From assembly GCA_030606485.1 (NCBI GenBank), contig JAUWGH010000005.1, positions 180,001 to 212,000 on the forward strand: a stretch of 32,000 bases of DNA. The letters are read 5' to 3'. The stretch is from Promethearchaeota archaeon. GTDB taxonomy: Archaea; Asgardarchaeota; Lokiarchaeia; Sigyniarchaeales; SOKP01. Each line of letters opens with the position of its first letter. Within the stretch, counting starts at the first letter, position 1. The position numbers and the translations under genes were made by a program. Below the pieces are notes generated by a model, which was given only the letters and a program-made list of their open reading frames with translations, ran no database searches and was not told the DNA's origin. Positions 28,500 to 32,000 of the stretch are shown here, in pieces.

Positions 28500-29147
28500 T
28501 CAATTATTTTTTATAAAAAAATTGATGAATATTTTCATAACCAAATCTTTAAAAATTCTTACAACATTTTCACCCTCTAAAGCTACGGTTTCATAAACAA
28601 TTGGTGTTCCATCTTCATTTTTATCTAAATTTGGAAGGCCTAAATGTTTTTTAAAATTTTTTAAAGAAATTGCATCTGGCAAATCTCGCTTATTTAACTG
28701 AATAACAATAGGTATATTATTTCTATTGACAAAACTTATTAGCTCTCGATAGCTCCGTTTATTTTGCTCTATTTTATCAGGACATGAATCTCCGACAAAA
28801 ATAACTCCATCAGCACCATCGATAACATACTCTCGAGTTGATAAAAAACGCTCTTGACCGGTACAAGTGGTTATTTGAGTAATAATATTATATTTTTTTC
28901 CTTTAATTTGTAAATTAAATGTAAAAAATATGGAATCGTGCCAAAGTGTTCTGCCATCAGTAGTATCTATAGAATATCCATTAGAAATTTTTAAAAGACT
29001 GAATTTTTCCTTTAATCTTAGAAAATTTGTTGTTTTTCCTGATTCACCTGGGCCCCAATATACAATTTTAAATTGAATTATATACTCATCTTTATTAAAA
29101 TCTGGAAGTTCTGATTTGCCTGAATCATGTTCAGATTTGATAATCAC
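28500..29147 (-). CDS. MglA-like small GTPase
   Basis: KIVYWGPGESGKTT, DGRTL, CTGQERF, DGVIFVGDS and IQLNKRDLPDA motifs; GTG start with GGAGG SD-like element. Confidence 0.9.
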   Translation of the reverse strand: MIIKSEHDSGKSELPDFNKDEYIIQFKIVYWGPGESGKTTNFLRLKEKFSLLKISNGYSIDTTDGRTLWHDSIFFTFNLQIKGKKYNIITQITTCTGQERFLSTREYVIDGADGVIFVGDSCPDKIEQNKRSYRELISFVNRNNIPIVIQLNKRDLPDAISLKNFKKHLGLPNLDKNEDGTPIVYETVALEGENVVRIFKDLVMKIFINFFIKNN

Positions 29148-29165
29148 AGGTTATAGACCTCCTAA

Positions 29166-29711
29166 TCATGAGATAATTCCGATTTTATCCGAAAATATTT
29201 GCTTCTTTAATTCTTTTATATGTTCTCTAAGTTCGCTTTCTGTCATTTTCAATGTGTTCTTAATATTTCCGCTTTTCTCAATCAATGCTTTTATCTTATT
29301 TGCAAATTTACTCATTTGTAAGATGATAATTCCGATATTTACTTCATTATCTGCTAAAATAACAATAAGAATATCTCTTTTACCCTTATCTCCAATATAG
29401 ACATTACCGATAGACTTAACAAATAACTGCATGTTTTTATAAATTAAAGCACCGCGCTCAAGTTCCTCTGCCTCGAAAAAATCTTGACCTTGTTTTGCAA
29501 CTCCATATAATGCTGTACCAATCGATGCAAGATCCCAATAATTTAATTTTTTATCAAATCTAGTATCAACTGCAATAATTTTTGCGTCCTGATCCACTGC
29601 TATTAAACCATAAATGTAACCATGTCGTGATAAAATCCCGTAATTATATCTAATTTCACCCAAAATTTCTGAAATTTTATTTTTATACAATAGTTTCGGT
29701 ATTGCTTGCAT
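29166..29711 (-). CDS. Roadblock/LC7 (MglB-like) domain protein
   Basis: GLIAVDQDAKII...LASIGTALYGVAKQ...ILIVILADNEVNIGII pattern; directly upstream of the MglA-like gene. ATG at 29711 with GAGG upstream is preferred to the TTG at 29774. Confidence 0.8.
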   Translation of the reverse strand: MQAIPKLLYKNKISEILGEIRYNYGILSRHGYIYGLIAVDQDAKIIAVDTRFDKKLNYWDLASIGTALYGVAKQGQDFFEAEELERGALIYKNMQLFVKSIGNVYIGDKGKRDILIVILADNEVNIGIIILQMSKFANKIKALIEKSGNIKNTLKMTESELREHIKELKKQIFSDKIGIIS

Positions 29712-29863
29712 TTTATATATCCTCTTTTTTTTAATATTAATCAGACAAAAAATGAAATGAGTATATTTAAACAAAAATTTTTAAAATGCTTAGAAATTAA
29801 AAGATTTTTCTAATCCAGTGTTTTTTTTGTTTTTAAATTCTCAATTTATAACATTTTATCGAA

Positions 29864-30955
29864 ATGGGAGTAAAAATTAAAGATATTCTGACTATTCATC
29901 AAATTGAATTAAAGGATTTGGAAGGTAGCATAGTTGCAGTAGATGGACCAAATGTAGTCATGTCTTTATTAAGTTTTTCTTATAAAAAATCCAGTTATTT
30001 CAACTCAAAATATATGATAGATCGGACAAGAAGGATTATTTCTCATCTTTATGGACTGTTATATCGAATAAATTTTTATTATTCGAAAAAAATACTCCCA
30101 ATTTTTTGCTTTGATGGTTGTGTACATCCCTATAAACGATTGATTACCAAAGATAAATTACATGACTTCCAATACATTAAACAAAAATACAAAGAAGCAA
30201 TAGAAAATCATAATTACCAACTTGCTCAACAAATCGCTACTGGAAAAGAATTTTTGTGGATTAATACAATTCAAGAATCAAAAAAGATGTTGTCATATTT
30301 AGGAATTCCTTACGTGGAATCTCCTGCATCAGCGGAGTCACAATGTGCTTGTTTAGTCAAGGATAAAGTGGTAGATTTTACAATTAGTCAGGATTTTGAT
30401 TGTTTAGTCTTCGGCAGCTTGGGACAAGTTAGAAATTTATCAAAATCGAGAGTAAGGAAAATAAATAATAGTTGGCAATATACAAAAGTAAAACCATCCA
30501 TCATTAAATTAAAAGAGAATTTAAAAAAATGGGGCATTGATATATTTCAATTAGTCGATATCGCAATGCTTATTGGAACAGATTATAATAAAGGAATTAT
30601 GGGAATAGGCCCCAAATTAGCGTTAAGGTTTATTAAAAAATTTGGCCATGTGGAATCAGTTATCAAAAATTGTGCGTCTAAATTTGATTTCTCAAAGTTA
30701 AATGAAAAAAAAATCGCGGAGATTAGAAAAATATTTCTATTTCCCGAAGTAATTAGCAAATATTCTAATTTTAACTGGAATTATCCCCAAATAAAGAAAA
30801 TTATGGAATTTTTGTGTGAGGATCATACATTAAATTCAAAAAGAATTAAAAATAATATAATTAAATTTACTAATAATTACGAAAAATGCATATCTTTTTT
30901 TAAAAACAAGAAATTAATAACTTTAAAGCAGAGAAAACTATTTTCTTTTATCTAA
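29864..30955 (+). CDS. fen: Flap endonuclease 1 family nuclease (divergent)
   Basis: MGV, VAVDG, SHLYGLLYR, FCFDG, SQDFD and LIGTDYNKGIMGIGPK motifs, with C-terminal PIP-like QRKLFSF. Confidence 0.88.
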   Translation: MGVKIKDILTIHQIELKDLEGSIVAVDGPNVVMSLLSFSYKKSSYFNSKYMIDRTRRIISHLYGLLYRINFYYSKKILPIFCFDGCVHPYKRLITKDKLHDFQYIKQKYKEAIENHNYQLAQQIATGKEFLWINTIQESKKMLSYLGIPYVESPASAESQCACLVKDKVVDFTISQDFDCLVFGSLGQVRNLSKSRVRKINNSWQYTKVKPSIIKLKENLKKWGIDIFQLVDIAMLIGTDYNKGIMGIGPKLALRFIKKFGHVESVIKNCASKFDFSKLNEKKIAEIRKIFLFPEVISKYSNFNWNYPQIKKIMEFLCEDHTLNSKRIKNNIIKFTNNYEKCISFFKNKKLITLKQRKLFSFI

Positions 30956-31211
30956 TATATATATATTAAATTCATGTAATTCTAATATCAATAAAATTGA
31001 TTAACATTTTGAATAAAAAATTTATTGTGAATGAGTAACTTAAATGGGGTTTATTAATCCTTTAAAATAAAATAAAATTAAAAAATAATTGAATATTTGG
31101 ATTATTAATCGTGAATGACAATATCTATACTTTAAAATTTTAATATCTATAAAATTAAATACATAAATTATTAATTTCAATTTAAGGAAAATAAAAATTT
31201 TTGACAAAACC

Positions 31212-31217
31212 AAGGTG
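31212..31217 (+). promoter_or_regulatory. Shine-Dalgarno-like AAGGTG upstream of an ATT start
   Basis: AAGGTG lies 8 nt before the in-frame ATT at 31226. Confidence 0.55.
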
Positions 31218-31225
31218 TAACCAAA

Positions 31226-31759
31226 ATTCGAGATGCAGTTTTTAAGATTTTTATTTGTGGGGAGGGTGGGGTAGGAAAGACTGCATTGACTTATCGTTAT
31301 GTAACAGGTATTTTTAAAAGTGATTCATTAATGACAATAGGTCTTGATTTTCACTTAAAAAATATTAATTTTAATGGGAAAAAGATTTCTTTACAAATCT
31401 GGGATTTTGCAGGAGAGTCAAGATTCAGATTTCTTTTACCCGGTTATATAATTGGGGCTTCTGGAGGCATTTTTATGTATGATATAACAAGATATTCTAG
31501 TTTTACAAATTTAGATCAATGGCTTAAAGTAATAAGTCAAGGTTTAAAAGATGATTATAACAAAATTCCAATCTTGATGGTCGGAGGGAAGGCAGATCTT
31601 TCTCCAAAAAGAACTGTAAATAAAGAAGAAGCTATAGAGATGGCAAAATCTCGTGATTTTATTGGATACACTGAATGTTCTTCTAAATCTGGCGAAAATG
31701 TTGAATCAGTCTTCATTGCTTTAGCTCGTGTAATGATGGAAAATGCAAATTTGCTTTAG
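31226..31759 (+). CDS. Rab/Ras-like small GTPase
   Basis: The G1 box (FKIFICGEGGVGKT) lies upstream of the ORF-track start at 31286. TIG, WDFAGE, GGKAD and ECSSK are present. An in-frame TGA at 31202 bounds the ORF; the likely start is ATT 31226. Confidence 0.9.
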   Translation: MRDAVFKIFICGEGGVGKTALTYRYVTGIFKSDSLMTIGLDFHLKNINFNGKKISLQIWDFAGESRFRFLLPGYIIGASGGIFMYDITRYSSFTNLDQWLKVISQGLKDDYNKIPILMVGGKADLSPKRTVNKEEAIEMAKSRDFIGYTECSSKSGENVESVFIALARVMMENANLL

Positions 31760-31788
31760 TTAAAAAATTATATACTCAAAAGGAAAGT

Positions 31789-31998
31789 CTAAACAATTAT
31801 TTGGTAATATTTAACATCATTAGTTTTTAAATTTTGATCAATTTTTTTGTCTTTTAAAGCCAATTTTGTAAATTGTCTAATTTCTGAACTCTTAAAACCC
31901 TTATTTATAAAAAATAAATTAAAAATAGTTTGTGGAATAGTAGAGAAATTGCATTTTAATTTTTTCAGCTCAAATATAAATTTATTATATGAATTTTT
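31789..31998 (-). CDS. 3' end of a probable gene entering from the right edge
   Basis: 69 open codons (KNSYNKFIFELKK...YYQIIV*) in AT-rich DNA, convergent with the GTPase; no motif. Confidence 0.4.
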   Translation of the reverse strand, partial: KNSYNKFIFELKKLKCNFSTIPQTIFNLFFINKGFKSSEIRQFTKLALKDKKIDQNLKTNDVKYYQIIV

Positions 31999-32000
31999 AT

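Noticed and set aside
30956-31200. Long AT-rich intergenic regions (also 22011-22340) as origin of replication or ncRNA
   Set aside because: No ORB-like repeats, no adjacent orc1/cdc6 and no GC-rich stems seen.
31202-31204. In-frame TGA before the GTPase as selenocysteine, and TAG before xpf as pyrrolysine
   Set aside because: Homology begins downstream of these stops, with no upstream start or recoding element visible.

Overview
Very AT-rich archaeal chromosome segment, most likely Asgard (Lokiarchaeia-like). The assignment rests on split RNAP A'/A'', archaeal PCNA/primase/GINS, and Rab-like, MglA-like and roadblock proteins. The left half is core information machinery: rpoA1-rpoA2-L30e-nusA, an inverted S12, S7, pyrB, and the L44e/S27e/TFS/RPA3/PCNA/PriL/PriS/GINS/Nop10/aIF2a replication-translation cluster, rearranged apparently by one inversion. 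The right half holds a candidate recombination module (degenerate RecA-fold ATPase, possible Whirly/PC4-like protein, topoisomerase-type Zn ribbon), an atypical RadA, a core-only TFB, two GNATs, a PP-loop enzyme, short-form XPF, a roadblock-MglA-unknown operon, a divergent FEN1 and a Rab-like GTPase. The most unusual items are an ArsR-type HTH + ATP-cone + catalytically dead class III ribonucleotide reductase fusion (candidate nucleotide-sensing regulator), a lysine-rich VKKAP repeat tail on RNAP A', and two genes that seem to start at ATT/ATA codons. No rRNA, tRNA, CRISPR array or mobile element was recognised. All family calls come from motif recognition by eye, not database searches.
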